A stretch of DNA of 60,116 nucleotides from an uncultured Thermoanaerobaculia bacterium (GTDB taxonomy: Bacteria; Acidobacteriota; Thermoanaerobaculia; Multivoradales; J023), in NCBI GenBank assembly GCA_964499975.1, contig CAZCOV010000001.1, forward strand, positions 1 to 60,116, written 5' to 3'. Each line of letters starts with the position of its first letter. Within the stretch, counting starts at the first letter, position 1. Of the stretch, positions 17,042 through 27,986 are shown piece by piece. Both the position numbers and the translations under genes were made by a program. The notes under the pieces are model-generated. The model had not been told where the DNA came from and did no database searches. It saw nothing but the letters and a program-made list of their open reading frames with translations.

Positions 17042-20000
17042 TCAAGAAACTCCGATTTCGATCGCGTCAAGTTTCTGCCGGAGCCGCAGCTCCAGTTCAC
17101 TGTCGGGAATCTCTTCTTCCGCGGGCCACGACGCGTCCGCGGTCACGGCTGGCGGTCGCTCCTCCGCAACGGGTTCGCCGCTCGTTGTGTTCGCCACAGT
17201 CGCGAGCAGGTGCCGCGTCAGGGATGCAACCGTCGGATAGTCAAAAATCAAATTCGCGGTGAGCGCGCAGCCGAGGCTGAGCTGCAGCTGATTGCGCAGC
17301 TCGAGCGCCAGCAACGAGTCCATACCGAGCTCGAAGAAGGTCTGGTTGGGAGCCAGGGTGTAAGCCGGACCGAGCGCGAGGACCCGCACGACCTGCTGCT
17401 GGATCTCGGCGGCCAGACGCTTCTCGATCTCGCGCGGCGCTGCCCCGGCCAAGGTCTCCAAGAGCCCAGATCCTGCGGCAGGGCCTGTGGCAGGGCCTGC
17501 GGGTCCAGCACCTGAAAGTCCAGGGCCAGCCGCGGCCTGGGCGCTGTCCGCGCGGTTCAGCCGGGCGAAGAGGGGCAAACGGTTGAGCGGGGTCGCGGCA
17601 GCGAGAAAACGCCGCCAGTCGACCCGGATGACGCTGGCTTGGGGAGGATCCTGCCGCAGCAGTTGCTGGAAGATCCCCAAGGCCTGCTCGATCTCAAGCC
17701 CCTCGACTCCCAGGTCAAGCCAGCGGCGGCGGTCGCTCTCGCCCAACGCTTGGACCATGGCAGAGCCCGCCCAAGGCCCCCACTGGAGGGTCTGCCCCGC
17801 CAGACCATGGGCGCGGCGGTGCAGCATCAGCGCGTCCATGAAGGCATTGGCCGCGGCATAGCTGCCCTGACCCGCCGCCCCGACCAGGGCTGCCAGCGAC
17901 GAGAAAGCCACGAAGAAATCGAGCGTCAGCCCCTGGGACGCGCGGTGCAGATTCCACGTGCCGTCGACTTTGGGCGCGAGCACCGGGCGGAAGCGTTCCC
18001 CGGTCTGGTGACGCAGGATGCCGTCGTCGAGCACGCCAGCGGCATGGACGATGCCGCGGAGCGGCGGCAGGGCAGCAGCGATTTCGGCAAAGAGCGCACT
18101 GACTTCCTGCGCCTGGGTGACGTCGACCGCACGCAGGTGGACGTCGACTCGCCCGGCGCGCAGTTCCGCCAAAAACGCGGCGTTCGCCTCGTCCGCTGCG
18201 CGGCGGCCAACCAGCACGAGGTGGGCAGCACCCGCGGCCACCAGGGAACGCGCGACTGCACGGCCGAGCGACCCCAAACCGCCGGTGATGAGGTAGGTGC
18301 CAGCCGAGTCGATCGTGAGCTGGCGCTCGGTGGTCCGGGTCAGCGGTGCGAGGCGGGCCACGTAGCGATTTCCGCGGCGCAACACCACCCGATTTTCCGC
18401 GCTGGCGCCCAGCAGCTCGCTGGCCAGGGCGGGGACGGGATCGGCATCGTCGAGATCGATGAGGGTGCAGGCCAGCGCTGGATGTTCGAGTGCCACGGTC
18501 GCTCCCAGCCCCCACAGCGAGGCTTGCAGGACGCCCGCGAACGACGAACTGTCGCCCGCGGCACGCACGCCCGGGGCACGCTCGCCCGGGGCACGCTCGC
18601 CCGGGGCACGCTCGCCCGCGGCCCGTCCGAACTCGGGCCCAGCAGCACCAGCTGTCACCAGATAGAGCCGAGGTAATTTCTCTGAAGCCGCTTCCGTCAG
18701 GGCTTGAATCAGGTGGAGCGCGCCGCCGCACACCTCTTCGACCGCGGCCATGGGAGTGTCGTCGGGATTGCGGCTGACGGCGTCGAGGCCCGCGAGGTAG
18801 ACCACTGCGGTCGTGCCCTGACCGGAGGAAGCTGCGGCGAGCGCTTCTCCCCCATCGCCGGGCGCAACCAGCACGGTGCGCTGTCCGCGGGCGCGGAGCG
18901 TCGCGTCCAGGCGCTCACCGATTCCCCCGCGGTCGCTAAAGATCAGCCATTGACGCGCTGGGTCGCCAGCCTCCGGGTCGCCGGCCGCCACCGGGTTGGT
19001 GGGCAAAGGCTGGTCCTGCCAGAGCAGCTCGTAGCAGTCGGCGAGCCGCTCTGCGGCCAGCGCACTCTCGACGGTCGCGCGGCTGGCGCGGCGCACCGCG
19101 AAGCCCTGGATCTCGACCACGGCGTGCCCTGCTGGGTCGAAGATCGACAGGTCCGCCCTGCGGGTCGCATCGTCTGCGTGGTCCTGGCGCAGGCGGGCAT
19201 GGCACCACAGGGAGGAGGCCCCGTCAGGTCGGCGGAACAGGTGACAGCGTTCGAGGTGGAAAGGCAGGAAGGTTTCGTTGCCCTCGCCCGCGACCACGGC
19301 CGCGATCGGCTGGAAGAAACTGTCGACTAGGCCCGGATGGAGCGGATCGCGACCCCAGTCCACACCCGCTGGCGCGGCCAAACGGCACAGGGCTTCGCCC
19401 TCGCCTTGGTACAGCTCGGTCAGCCAGCGGTAGGTCGTCCCCAACTCGATGCGCCGCGCCGCCAGGCTGGCGTAGAGGGTTTCGACCGCCGCCGGACGAC
19501 AGCGCGCGCGGAGGGTCGCCAGCGCGACCTGGGCCGGCGGCTCGGCCGGCGCGTTCCGCGCGATCGTCGCGCTCGCGGTCACCCCCCAAGCGTCGCCCGC
19601 GGATCCTGCTGCGGCGACGACGATCAGCTGGGCTACGGCGCGCCCGTCGTCTTGGGGGGAAATCACCAGCTGCAGCTGGGTGCCACCCTCTTCCGGCACC
19701 ACCAAGGCGCGCGGAAAAACCACATCCTCGACGGCGCAGCCAGCGCCGCCGAACGTGTCGAGCACGGCTTCGAGGATCATCCCAAGGCGGGTCGGCCCTG
19801 ACACCACCATGTGGCCGTACACCCGATGGTCGCGCAGGAGCGGCTGCACGTCTGCGTCAAGCTCTGACGCGAAAAGCGTCTCGCGGATGAGGGGAGAATG
19901 CACTTTGCGGCCGAGCAGGGAGTGATTGCCGCGCGAGCGTGGGTCGCGACGGGGGTCGGCGGATGCGGTCGAGCGCGGCAGCGCCGAGCGCGGCAACGCG

Positions 20001-22750
20001 TCGTACCAAAAGCGCTGGCGCTCAAAGGGGTAGGCGGGCAGCAACAGACGGGTGCGCGGCCGCTGACGATAAGGGCCAGCCGGGTCGACCGGGACGCCGA
20101 GGGCGAAGAGCTGGCCGAGGCTCGCGAGCACCTGCTGGCGCGCCGAACGCCCTGGCTTGAGGCTGGGAAGGAAAGCCACCGCGCTCGCGTCGTGGCGCGC
20201 TTCGAGGCAGCGTCGGGCCAGCCCAAGGAGCGCGGTCCCCGGCCCGACCTCGACCAGCGCGCGCACGCCTTGGGCCGCCAAAGTGGCGACCCCATCGCGA
20301 AAGCGGACCGGCTGGCGGGCGTGCGCCACCCAATACTCGGGGGTGGCGATTTCGCGCCCGCTCAGCTCGCCGCTCAAGTTCGCGATCAGGGGGCGCTGGG
20401 GGGGATGAAAGTCGAGGGTGCGCGCCACCGCGGCAAAGTCGTCGAGCATGGGTTCGATCAGCGGCGAGTGGAACGCGTGGGAGACCGCGAGCGGCTTGAC
20501 CCGCGCGCCAGCGGCGGCGAGCTCTTGCCCCACGGCAGTCACCGCTGAGCGTTCGCCCGAGATCACCACCGCGTGCGGCGCGTTCCAGGCTGCAATCGCC
20601 ACCTGGTCGGGATAGGGCGCGATGGCTGCGGCCACACGCTCCGCAGGCGCGTTTACCGCGAGCATGGCGCCATTTTGCGGCAGCTGCTGCATCAGCCGCG
20701 CGCGGGCCGCGACCAGACGCAGCCCGTCGGCGAGGGAGAACACCCCGGCAAAGCAGGCTGCAGCCAACTCCCCCACGCTGTGACCGAGCAAGACCGCAGG
20801 AGCCGCTCCCCACGAGGTCCACAGCTCGGCCAAGGCCAGTTCGAGGGCGAACAGCGCGGGCTGCGCCAGTGCGGTCTGGTCGATGAGCGCACTTTCTTCG
20901 GTCGCAGGATCGAGCACGCTGAGCAGCGGAACTGCGAGCTCGGGCTGAAGCAACTCCTGGCAGTGGTCGAGGACGCGGCGGACCACGGGCTCGCCCTGGT
21001 ACAGCTCGTAGCCCATTCCGCGCAGTTGCGATCCTTGGCCCGAGAACAGAAAAGCGAGCTTGGGCGGTTCCTCCACTACCCCGGAAAAGAGGTCTGCTGC
21101 CGCGCTGTCACGGGTCCAGGCGCGGAGCTTGTCTTGCGCTTCGCTGGACGACTGCGCCACCACCCCGAGGCGATGGGCCAGCCCCCCGCGCACCCGGTTG
21201 CAGCTGCCGCAAAAGTCCGCGAGTTCGACCGCGGGATGCGCCGCGAGATGCTCGGCGGTGCGCGTCGCGAGCTCGCGCAGGGCGGTTGCAGTATGCGCCG
21301 AGAAGGTCAAGAGCTGGTGGACGGGCTGGGGCGGATCCGCCGCCACGAGCAGGGTTGGATTGGCGGGCGCGGCTTCGAGCAAGAGGTGGACGTTGGTGCC
21401 GCTCATGCCAAACGAGCTGACCCCGGCAATGCGCGGTTGCTGGGCGGGCCAGGGGGTGAGCTGGGTGGGCACGCGGAGCGGCAGCCGCGCCCAGTCGAGG
21501 TAGGGGCTGGGCTCCGCGAAATGCAAATGCGGTGGGATCTCGCCGTGTTCGAGCGCCAACACCGTCTTGATCACTCCCGCCACCCCGGCCGCGGCTTCGA
21601 GGTGCCCGAAGTTGGTCTTAACCGAGCCGATCCACAGCGGTTCGTCGGAGGGACGGTCCTGGCCGTAGACCGCGGCCGCCGCCTCAACTTCGATCGGATC
21701 GCCGAGCGGGGTTCCCGTGCCGTGGGCTTCGAGGTAGCCGACTTGCCGCGGTGCCAGCCCAGCAGTCCTCAAGGCGTGGGCGAGGAGTTTTTGTTGGGCC
21801 GGACCGTTGGGCACGGTCAAGCCGCTGCTCGGGCCGTCGTGGTTGATCGCCGAACCGCGCACCAGGGCGAGGATGGGATCGCGATCACGCTGGGCATCGC
21901 TCCAGCGCTTGAGCACCAAGAGCCCGCAGCCCTCGCCGCGACCATAACCGTCGGCAGCGGCCGAGAAGGTCTTACAGCGGCCATCCGGCGAAAGCGCCTG
22001 GGTCTTGGCCAGGGAAATGCTCGGTTCCGGGGCCAGAATCAAATGGACGCCCCCGGCCAAAGCCAGCGCGCATTCGCCGAGCCGCAAGCTCTGGCAAGCC
22101 AGGTGGATCGCCACTAACGAGGACGAGCACGCGGTGTCCACTGCCAAGTTCGGGCCTTGCAGGCCGAGGACGTAGGACAGGCGTCCCGCACCAAAGCAAA
22201 AGCCGTTGCCCGTGCCGTCGTAAGCGTCGATCTCACGGCTGGAGCAGGCCCGCATCTTGCGCAGGAAATAATCGTTCTGGCTGGTGCCAATGAACACTCC
22301 GGTGGCGCTGCCGACCAGCTGCCGCGGTGCCAAGCCGGCGTTCTCCAGCGCTTCCCACGCCACTTCGAGGAGCAGACGGTGCTGCGGGTCGAGGCTCGTG
22401 GCCTCGCGTGGCGAGATGCCGAAAAACAGCGGATCAAATGTCTCGACCTCGGGCAAGAAACCGCCGTAGCGGGTGTTCATCTTGCCCGCGGCAGCCGGGT
22501 CGGGATCCCACCAAGCCGTCGCATCCCAGCGCGCTGCCGGAACTTCCCCGATCGCATCAACGCCCGCGCGCAGAGCTGCCCAAAAACGTTCGGGATCCGC
22601 GCCGCCGCCGGGAAAGCGGCACGCCATGCCGACGAGCGCGATCGGCTCGACCTTGGCCGCTTCGAGCGCAGCGATCCGCGCCTCGAGCTGGTCGATGACC
22701 ATCACCGCCTGTTGCAGCGGGCCAAGCTCGGGCTGGTCGCGCTCTACCAT
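17042..22750 (-). CDS. Modular type I polyketide synthase: KS-AT(malonyl)-DH-KR(B-type)-ACP
   Basis: 1902 aa. N-terminal coiled-coil docking region (VMVIDQLEARIAALEAAK). KS: DTACSSS (Cys ~22127), EAHGTGT, GHLEAAAG. AT: GHSVGE (Ser ~20777) and HAFH. DH: HSLLGRKV...LRDHRVYGHMVVSGP...LVDSFFQ. KR: [25 protein letters not shown]: LGMDSL (Ser ~17315). Acidic C-terminal tail EEEIPDSELELRLRQKLDAIEIGVS. The ATG shares one nucleotide with the upstream PKS stop (TGATG). Confidence 0.95.
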   Translation of the reverse strand: MVERDQPELGPLQQAVMVIDQLEARIAALEAAKVEPIALVGMACRFPGGGADPERFWAALRAGVDAIGEVPAARWDATAWWDPDPAAAGKMNTRYGGFLPEVETFDPLFFGISPREATSLDPQHRLLLEVAWEALENAGLAPRQLVGSATGVFIGTSQNDYFLRKMRACSSREIDAYDGTGNGFCFGAGRLSYVLGLQGPNLAVDTACSSSLVAIHLACQSLRLGECALALAGGVHLILAPEPSISLAKTQALSPDGRCKTFSAAADGYGRGEGCGLLVLKRWSDAQRDRDPILALVRGSAINHDGPSSGLTVPNGPAQQKLLAHALRTAGLAPRQVGYLEAHGTGTPLGDPIEVEAAAAVYGQDRPSDEPLWIGSVKTNFGHLEAAAGVAGVIKTVLALEHGEIPPHLHFAEPSPYLDWARLPLRVPTQLTPWPAQQPRIAGVSSFGMSGTNVHLLLEAAPANPTLLVAADPPQPVHQLLTFSAHTATALRELATRTAEHLAAHPAVELADFCGSCNRVRGGLAHRLGVVAQSSSEAQDKLRAWTRDSAAADLFSGVVEEPPKLAFLFSGQGSQLRGMGYELYQGEPVVRRVLDHCQELLQPELAVPLLSVLDPATEESALIDQTALAQPALFALELALAELWTSWGAAPAVLLGHSVGELAAACFAGVFSLADGLRLVAARARLMQQLPQNGAMLAVNAPAERVAAAIAPYPDQVAIAAWNAPHAVVISGERSAVTAVGQELAAAGARVKPLAVSHAFHSPLIEPMLDDFAAVARTLDFHPPQRPLIANLSGELSGREIATPEYWVAHARQPVRFRDGVATLAAQGVRALVEVGPGTALLGLARRCLEARHDASAVAFLPSLKPGRSARQQVLASLGQLFALGVPVDPAGPYRQRPRTRLLLPAYPFERQRFWYDALPRSALPRSTASADPRRDPRSRGNHSLLGRKVHSPLIRETLFASELDADVQPLLRDHRVYGHMVVSGPTRLGMILEAVLDTFGGAGCAVEDVVFPRALVVPEEGGTQLQLVISPQDDGRAVAQLIVVAAAGSAGDAWGVTASATIARNAPAEPPAQVALATLRARCRPAAVETLYASLAARRIELGTTYRWLTELYQGEGEALCRLAAPAGVDWGRDPLHPGLVDSFFQPIAAVVAGEGNETFLPFHLERCHLFRRPDGASSLWCHARLRQDHADDATRRADLSIFDPAGHAVVEIQGFAVRRASRATVESALAAERLADCYELLWQDQPLPTNPVAAGDPEAGDPARQWLIFSDRGGIGERLDATLRARGQRTVLVAPGDGGEALAAASSGQGTTAVVYLAGLDAVSRNPDDTPMAAVEEVCGGALHLIQALTEAASEKLPRLYLVTAGAAGPEFGRAAGERAPGERAPGERAPGVRAAGDSSSFAGVLQASLWGLGATVALEHPALACTLIDLDDADPVPALASELLGASAENRVVLRRGNRYVARLAPLTRTTERQLTIDSAGTYLITGGLGSLGRAVARSLVAAGAAHLVLVGRRAADEANAAFLAELRAGRVDVHLRAVDVTQAQEVSALFAEIAAALPPLRGIVHAAGVLDDGILRHQTGERFRPVLAPKVDGTWNLHRASQGLTLDFFVAFSSLAALVGAAGQGSYAAANAFMDALMLHRRAHGLAGQTLQWGPWAGSAMVQALGESDRRRWLDLGVEGLEIEQALGIFQQLLRQDPPQASVIRVDWRRFLAAATPLNRLPLFARLNRADSAQAAAGPGLSGAGPAGPATGPAAGSGLLETLAGAAPREIEKRLAAEIQQQVVRVLALGPAYTLAPNQTFFELGMDSLLALELRNQLQLSLGCALTANLIFDYPTVASLTRHLLATVANTTSGEPVAEERPPAVTADASWPAEEEIPDSELELRLRQKLDAIEIGVS
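18561..18620. repeat. In-frame tandem repeat, 4 x 15 bp inside PKS (encodes GERAP-GERAP-GERAP-GVRAA)
   Basis: GCACGCACGCCCGGG followed by GCACGCTCGCCCGGG x2 and GCACGCTCGCCCGCG. The array lies in the loop before LWGLGATVALEHP of the KR structural subdomain. Confidence 0.9.
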
Positions 22751-25700
22751 CAGCTAGCCTCCCCAGCCCACAGCTTGTCCTTGCTGTATTTGCTGTATGT
22801 GCTGTATTTGCTGTATTTAGCAGCAATGATCGCCGCCGCTGCGGAATCGGTCAGCGCTGCAGCCGCAAGGCGGGCCGGGGGCACGGTTTGCGCAACGGCT
22901 GGCACCAGCAGCGGCGACGGCAGGGGCAAGTGGGTCGACGGGGTCAGGGCCAGGGATGCCAGGGTCGGCGCCGCACCCGGTGGCGCAGCAGCTGGCGCTG
23001 AGGGAAAAAGCTTCTCGTCCAGGTAACGAGCCAGGGTTTCGGCGGTCGGATAGTTGAAGATGACGGTGGGCGAGAACTCCCGATCCAAGCTGCGCTGCAA
23101 GCGATTCTTGAGTTCGATCGCCATCAAGGAGTCCATGCCCAGCTCGGCGAAACCGCGGTCCTTGTCGGGCAGCCGCCCGGTCTCGTAACCGAGTGCCCGC
23201 GCCACTTCCTGCCGCACCCAGGTGACCAGCTGCGCGGGTCGGGCGGCAGGGGTCAGCGCGGCCAGCTCGCGAAAAGTTTGCCCGACGCTCGCGCCGGGGT
23301 TGGGGTCGCCCCCCAGCTGACGCAACAACTCCGCGACGATCGGCGAGTCACCGGCAATCTCACGAAAAGCCGCGGGCTCAATCGGCAGCACCCCGACCTG
23401 GGCGCGTCCGCGGTCGCCCAACAGCCGTTCGAGGACCTGCAGTCCCTGGGCCGGAGAAAGCGCGGTCAAGCCACTGGCGCGCTCGGGAGAGCGCGCGGTC
23501 AAGCCACTGGCGCGCTCGTTCCCCTGGTCATGCGCCATCCCGACCGTGCTCCACGGACCCCAATTCAGACTCAAGGCGGGCAGCCCCTGCTGGCGACGGC
23601 AATGGGCCAGGGCATCGAGGAAAGCATTGGCCGTCGCGTAATTGCTTTGGCCGCGCGAGCCGAGGAGGGACGCGGCCGACGAGAAGAGTACGAAGAAATC
23701 GAGCTCGAGATCGCGGGTCTTCTGGTCGAGGTGGAAAGCGCCTTCTACCTTGGGCGCCATCACACGGGCGAAGCGCTGCCAGTTCTGTTGCAAGAGAACC
23801 CCGTCGTCGAGCACGCCAGCGGCGTGGATCACCCCGCGCAACTGCGGCAGCGAAGCCATGGCAGCGAACAGGCGGTCGATGTCGGCAGCGTTCGCCACAT
23901 CGGCTTTTTCGACCAAGACCCGCACTCCCTGCGTTTCGAGCTGACGCACCGCGGCCTGGGCGGCTGGGCTTGCCGCACCGCTGCGGCCGGTCAAGACCAG
24001 ATGGCGCGCGCCGCGCGCTGCCAGCCATCTGGCCAGTTCGAGCCCCAAGCCGCCGAGTCCACCGGTGATCAGATAACTCGCCGTTTGGGACAGGACGAAC
24101 TCACGGCGCGGTGGCGCTGCGGCGAGGGTCAGCCGCGCCACGTGGTTCCGGCCGCCGCGCACCGCCAGATGCGGTTCGCTCTGCGGGTCGAGGATCACTT
24201 GCAGGATCTGCTCGGCCGCCGGATGACCCGCAGGCTCGAGGTCGAGCAGACCGCCCCACAACTCAGGATGCTCGAGCGCGATCGAGCGGCCAAGCCCCCA
24301 CAGGGGCGCTTGCGCCAGCGCGAGGCGCTCCGGCTGGTCGCTCACCGCCACCCCCTGCCGGGTGACCAGCCACAGCTTCGCGCTTTCCTGTTGCTGGCTC
24401 GCGACCAGGGCTTGCAGCAAATGGAGCACCCCACCGCAGAGCCGCGCGTGCTCCGCGCGGAGCTGGGCCAGGGCGGTCGGCGCGTCCACCGCAGCCGGCT
24501 CCTGGGCGTCGAGGCTCCAGAGGAAGACCGCACCGGCGAGCGTTTCCGGGTTTGCGGCGAAGATTGCGCGGAGCTGCTCCCCCGCGTCCGCAGCGCCGGG
24601 GTCGATGGCGCCGTCGACCGCGAGGGGTTCCCCGCCCGAACGGGAGGCGTCTTGGATCAGGACGCTGTGACGTTGCCTCGCGGCGAGCTGGCGTGCGAGT
24701 TCCTTGCCCGTCCCGCCGTGGTCGGCAAAGATCAGCCACCAGCCCGGACGCTCCCCGCCGTGGTCATGGCGGGCAGCCGCGACCGCCGGCTGCCAGCGCA
24801 GCTCATACAGCCACTCGTCGAGGGCTCTTGCCGTGTGCTCGTGCTCGAGCTGCCGCACCAGCTCGCTGACCACCCGTGACAACGACGCCGCTTCTTGGTC
24901 CGCGAATTCGCCGGCCCGGCGCAGGCGTTCGACCACGGCAGGCGTGTCGCCCTGGGCCAAGAGCTGCTGCAGCTCACCTCCCGCGCGAAACCGACGACCC
25001 TGGCCTTGGTCTGTCGCCGTCACCCAATGACGCCGCCGCTCAAAGGGATAGGTCGGCAGCTCCACGTTGCGCCGCCCATCGCCGTCGAGCTGCCGCCACT
25101 CCGGGGTGCCACCCAAGGCGTAAAACCGACCGAGGCCGAGCAACATCTGCTCCTCCTCAGCCCGCTGCTCGGTCAAAGACGGGATCAGCTCGCGGCTCAG
25201 CTCGCTCTGCGGCAAGAGGCCGCCGACCAAGCCGAGAAGGACCGGGCGCGGCCCCACTTCGAGCAGGGCGTCGCAACCCGCCGCGGCCAGGGCTCGGACC
25301 CCGTCGACAAAACGAACCGTCTGCCGCACGTGGTCCACCCAGTACTGCGGCGTCGCGATCTCGTCGCCCGCCAGCCGGCCACTCAGGTTGGAAATCAAGG
25401 GGAGTGTCGGCTTGGCGAAGCGGACCTGGGCAGCGCAACGGGCAAAAGCGTCTAGCATGGGCTCCATCAAGGGCGAGTGAAAGGCATGGGAAACCACCAG
25501 ACGCCGACGGCGGATTTGGGGGTCCAAGCGCGCGATCACCTCTTGGGCGGCGACGCTATCCCCCGAAATCACGACGCTGTGCGGACCGTTCACTGCCGCA
25601 ATCGCCAACTGGTCGCGCCTTGCCGCGAGCAACTCGGCCGCCGCGGGCTCGGCGATTTCGAGGGCCCACATCTCGCCCGGAGAAGTCAGCTCGGCCATCA

Positions 25701-27756
25701 AACGCCCGCGCTCGGCAGCGAGCAGCAGACCGTCCGCGAGGGAGAAGACCCCGGCGAGGTGAGCCGCGACCAGTTCGCCGATGCTGTGCCCGAGCAGCAA
25801 GGAGGGGCGGACACCCCAAGACTGCCACAGCTCAGCCAGGGCGACGGCAAAAGCGAACAGCGCCGGCTGGGTGTTGGCGGTGTGGTGCAGGCGGTCCGCA
25901 GCTGCGCCGGCAGGGGGAAAGAGCAGGCTCAAAAGCGGCCGTTCGAGGCGGTCGCCGAGGATCTCCGCGCAGCGCTCGAGGGCAGCGCGAAACCGCGGCT
26001 CTGCGGCGTAGAGCTGCTGTCCGACGCCCGGCGCCTGGGCGCCCTGTCCGGAGCAAAGAAAAGCCACCTTGAGACCGCGGCGCGCCCGACCGCGAACCAC
26101 CGTGACGGGATCCTGGCCAGCCAAGTAGGCTTTGAGCGAACCTGCCACCTCCGCGGCAGAAGTTCCCACCACGGCCAGCCGCTCCTCGAGCTGCGCACGA
26201 CCGCTGTGGGAAGTCGCGCAGAGGTCAGCGAGCGCGGGCAAGTCGGGCTGAGAGCCATGGCGTTCGTAGCGTTCGGCCAGCCGGCGCAAGGCTGACTCGG
26301 TCTTGGCCGCCAGGGTCAGAAGGTGGTGCTGGCGAACCGCCGCGGGCGCAGGAGGACTGGCTTTGCCCTCGTCCGCGACTGCGTCCGGGGGCAGAGCGAC
26401 GACCACATGGGCGTTGGTGCCGCTGAAGCCAAACGAGCTGACCCCAGCGATGCGCGGGCGATCCGCAGGCCAGGGCTGACCCGCGGTCGGGACCTTGAAC
26501 GCCAGGTCGTCCCACGGAATCTTGGGGTTGGGGTCTTGGAAGTGCAAGTTCGGCGGGATCACGCCGTACTGCAGCGCGAGCACGGTCTTGATCAGCCCGG
26601 CGATCCCCGCGGCCGACTCGAGATGTCCGAGGTTGGATTTGACCGCTCCGACCCACAGCGGATGGCGACGCCCGAAAACATTGGCCAGGCTTTCGATCTC
26701 GATCGGATCGCCCAGGGCGGTGCCGCTGCCATGGGCTTCGATGAAAGCGACCGCAGCAGGCTCAACCCCACCGTCCGCGAGCGCGCGGCGGATCACGTCT
26801 TCTTGCGAGGGTCCATACGGCACGGTCAACCCGGCGCTCGGGCCATCTTGGTTGACGGCCGAGCCGCGGATCACGGCGAGCACACGGTCGTTGGCCGCGA
26901 GCGCGGTTGACAGACGTTTCAACACCACCACGCCACAGCCCTCCCCGCGCACGTAACCATCCGCGCGGCGGTCGAACACCTTGCAGCGGCCGTCCTGGGA
27001 GAGCATCTTGGCGCGGCAGATCACCACCGTCCGCAGCGGCGACAGCACCAGGTTGACCCCGCCGGCGAGCGCCATGTCGCTTTCCTTACAGCGCAAGCTC
27101 TGGCAGGCCAGGTGGACCGCCACCAGCGACGAGGAACAAGCGGTGTCGACCACCAAGGCCGGTCCGCGCAGGCCGAGCAAGTACGACAAGCGCCCGGCGA
27201 TCACGCTTTGCGCGTTGCCCGTGCTGGTGTGGGCATCGAACAGCTCGGGGCTTCCCACTTGCTCCAGATAGTCGAGATTCATCAAGCCCATGAACACGCC
27301 GACCCGGTCACCGCGCAGACCGATCGGGGAAATGGCGGCATTCTCCAGGGCCTCCCACACCACCTCGAGCAAAATCCGCTGCTGCGGATCCATCATGTCG
27401 GCTTCCCGCGGGGCAATGCCGAAAAGCTCCGAATCGAAGCTATCGACCGCACGCAAAAAGCTCCCCCAGCGGGTGTAGATCTTGCCCGGAGCATCATGGT
27501 TGGGATCGTAGTAAGCCGCAAGATCCCAACGCTCCCGCGGGACCTCTTCGATGGCGTCGACGCCGGCGCAGAGCATCCGCCAAAACGACTCGGGGTTGTC
27601 GCCACCGCCGGGGAAGCGACAGCCCAGACCGACAATCGCGATCGGTTCGGCGAACGAACTCTCCAAAGCGCGCTGGCGGCTTTGCAGCTTCTCGATTTCG
27701 AGCAGAGCCCGCTTCATGAGCGCTTCATAATCGGGGCTGGCTGCGGGGATCGACAT
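22750..27756 (-). CDS. Modular type I polyketide synthase: KS-AT(malonyl)-KR(B-type)-ACP
   Basis: 1668 aa. N-terminal coiled coil ([19 protein letters not shown]). KS: DTACSSS (Cys ~27136), [17 protein letters not shown]: GHSIGE (Ser ~25783) and HAFH. KR: [25 protein letters not shown]: LGMDSL (Ser ~23128). A ~90-aa Pro/Ala-rich tail ends in [22 protein letters not shown]. Confidence 0.95.
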   Translation of the reverse strand: MSIPAASPDYEALMKRALLEIEKLQSRQRALESSFAEPIAIVGLGCRFPGGGDNPESFWRMLCAGVDAIEEVPRERWDLAAYYDPNHDAPGKIYTRWGSFLRAVDSFDSELFGIAPREADMMDPQQRILLEVVWEALENAAISPIGLRGDRVGVFMGLMNLDYLEQVGSPELFDAHTSTGNAQSVIAGRLSYLLGLRGPALVVDTACSSSLVAVHLACQSLRCKESDMALAGGVNLVLSPLRTVVICRAKMLSQDGRCKVFDRRADGYVRGEGCGVVVLKRLSTALAANDRVLAVIRGSAVNQDGPSAGLTVPYGPSQEDVIRRALADGGVEPAAVAFIEAHGSGTALGDPIEIESLANVFGRRHPLWVGAVKSNLGHLESAAGIAGLIKTVLALQYGVIPPNLHFQDPNPKIPWDDLAFKVPTAGQPWPADRPRIAGVSSFGFSGTNAHVVVALPPDAVADEGKASPPAPAAVRQHHLLTLAAKTESALRRLAERYERHGSQPDLPALADLCATSHSGRAQLEERLAVVGTSAAEVAGSLKAYLAGQDPVTVVRGRARRGLKVAFLCSGQGAQAPGVGQQLYAAEPRFRAALERCAEILGDRLERPLLSLLFPPAGAAADRLHHTANTQPALFAFAVALAELWQSWGVRPSLLLGHSIGELVAAHLAGVFSLADGLLLAAERGRLMAELTSPGEMWALEIAEPAAAELLAARRDQLAIAAVNGPHSVVISGDSVAAQEVIARLDPQIRRRRLVVSHAFHSPLMEPMLDAFARCAAQVRFAKPTLPLISNLSGRLAGDEIATPQYWVDHVRQTVRFVDGVRALAAAGCDALLEVGPRPVLLGLVGGLLPQSELSRELIPSLTEQRAEEEQMLLGLGRFYALGGTPEWRQLDGDGRRNVELPTYPFERRRHWVTATDQGQGRRFRAGGELQQLLAQGDTPAVVERLRRAGEFADQEAASLSRVVSELVRQLEHEHTARALDEWLYELRWQPAVAAARHDHGGERPGWWLIFADHGGTGKELARQLAARQRHSVLIQDASRSGGEPLAVDGAIDPGAADAGEQLRAIFAANPETLAGAVFLWSLDAQEPAAVDAPTALAQLRAEHARLCGGVLHLLQALVASQQQESAKLWLVTRQGVAVSDQPERLALAQAPLWGLGRSIALEHPELWGGLLDLEPAGHPAAEQILQVILDPQSEPHLAVRGGRNHVARLTLAAAPPRREFVLSQTASYLITGGLGGLGLELARWLAARGARHLVLTGRSGAASPAAQAAVRQLETQGVRVLVEKADVANAADIDRLFAAMASLPQLRGVIHAAGVLDDGVLLQQNWQRFARVMAPKVEGAFHLDQKTRDLELDFFVLFSSAASLLGSRGQSNYATANAFLDALAHCRRQQGLPALSLNWGPWSTVGMAHDQGNERASGLTARSPERASGLTALSPAQGLQVLERLLGDRGRAQVGVLPIEPAAFREIAGDSPIVAELLRQLGGDPNPGASVGQTFRELAALTPAARPAQLVTWVRQEVARALGYETGRLPDKDRGFAELGMDSLMAIELKNRLQRSLDREFSPTVIFNYPTAETLARYLDEKLFPSAPAAAPPGAAPTLASLALTPSTHLPLPSPLLVPAVAQTVPPARLAAAALTDSAAAAIIAAKYSKYSTYSKYSKDKLWAGEAS
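22781..22816. repeat. Tandem repeat, 4 x 9 bp at the extreme 3' end of the first PKS gene
   Basis: TTGCTGTAT TTGCTGTAT GTGCTGTAT TTGCTGTAT on the + strand. It encodes [12 protein letters not shown] and lies 31-66 nt upstream of the next PKS start codon. Confidence 0.9.
23454..23518. repeat. In-frame tandem duplication, 2 x 33 bp inside PKS ([11 protein letters not shown] / [11 protein letters not shown])
   Basis: GCGCGGTCAAGCCACTGGCGCGCTCG occurs twice with a 33-bp period, in the KR-to-ACP linker. Confidence 0.9.
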
Positions 27757-27770
27757 CTTGCGGCTCGGTG

Positions 27771-27794
27771 TGGGGCTCGCTTGGGGGCTCGCTT
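27771..27794. repeat. Tandem repeat, 2 x 12 bp in the PKS 5' leader
   Basis: TGGGGCTCGCTT GGGGGCTCGCTT, 15-38 nt upstream of the PKS ATG (27756, minus strand). Confidence 0.85.
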
Positions 27795-27922
27795 CTCGGT
27801 CGCGTCAAAACGCGGTGCTCGCTGGGATTGATAGTTCGAACTTCGCCCCGTGGTTGTGGCGCTTAGCGTTCATCATAGGAAATCCCCTGCGCGGATTCAA
27901 GGGGATCCTCGCCCATAACCTC

Positions 27923-27986
27923 TTTGTCCGTCTTTTGTTTTGTCCGTCTTTTGTTTTGTCCGCTTTTTGTTTTGTCCGCTTTTTGT
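27923..27986. repeat. AT-rich tandem array, 4 x 16 bp in the divergent PKS / exporter intergenic region
   Basis: TTTGTCCGTCTTTTGT x2, then TTTGTCCGCTTTTTGT x2, contiguous. The array is 167-230 nt upstream of the PKS start. Confidence 0.95.

Noticed and set aside
20573-22117. Long antisense or alternative-frame ORFs inside megasynthase and other genes (for example 20573-22117 +, 23278-24879 +, 24876-26072 +, 3893-5716 -, 11096-12412 -, 15854-16996 +, 53534-55111 +, 59230-60003 -)
   Set aside because: These are shadow ORFs typical of high-GC DNA. They are Arg/Gly/Pro/Ala-rich, have no motifs, and each lies fully within a gene that carries strong domain signatures on the other strand or frame.
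17042-27756. Recent duplication between the two PKS genes (recombination hot spot)
   Set aside because: By eye, the KS/AT regions are only moderately similar at the protein level and differ throughout, so there is no evidence of near-identical DNA blocks.
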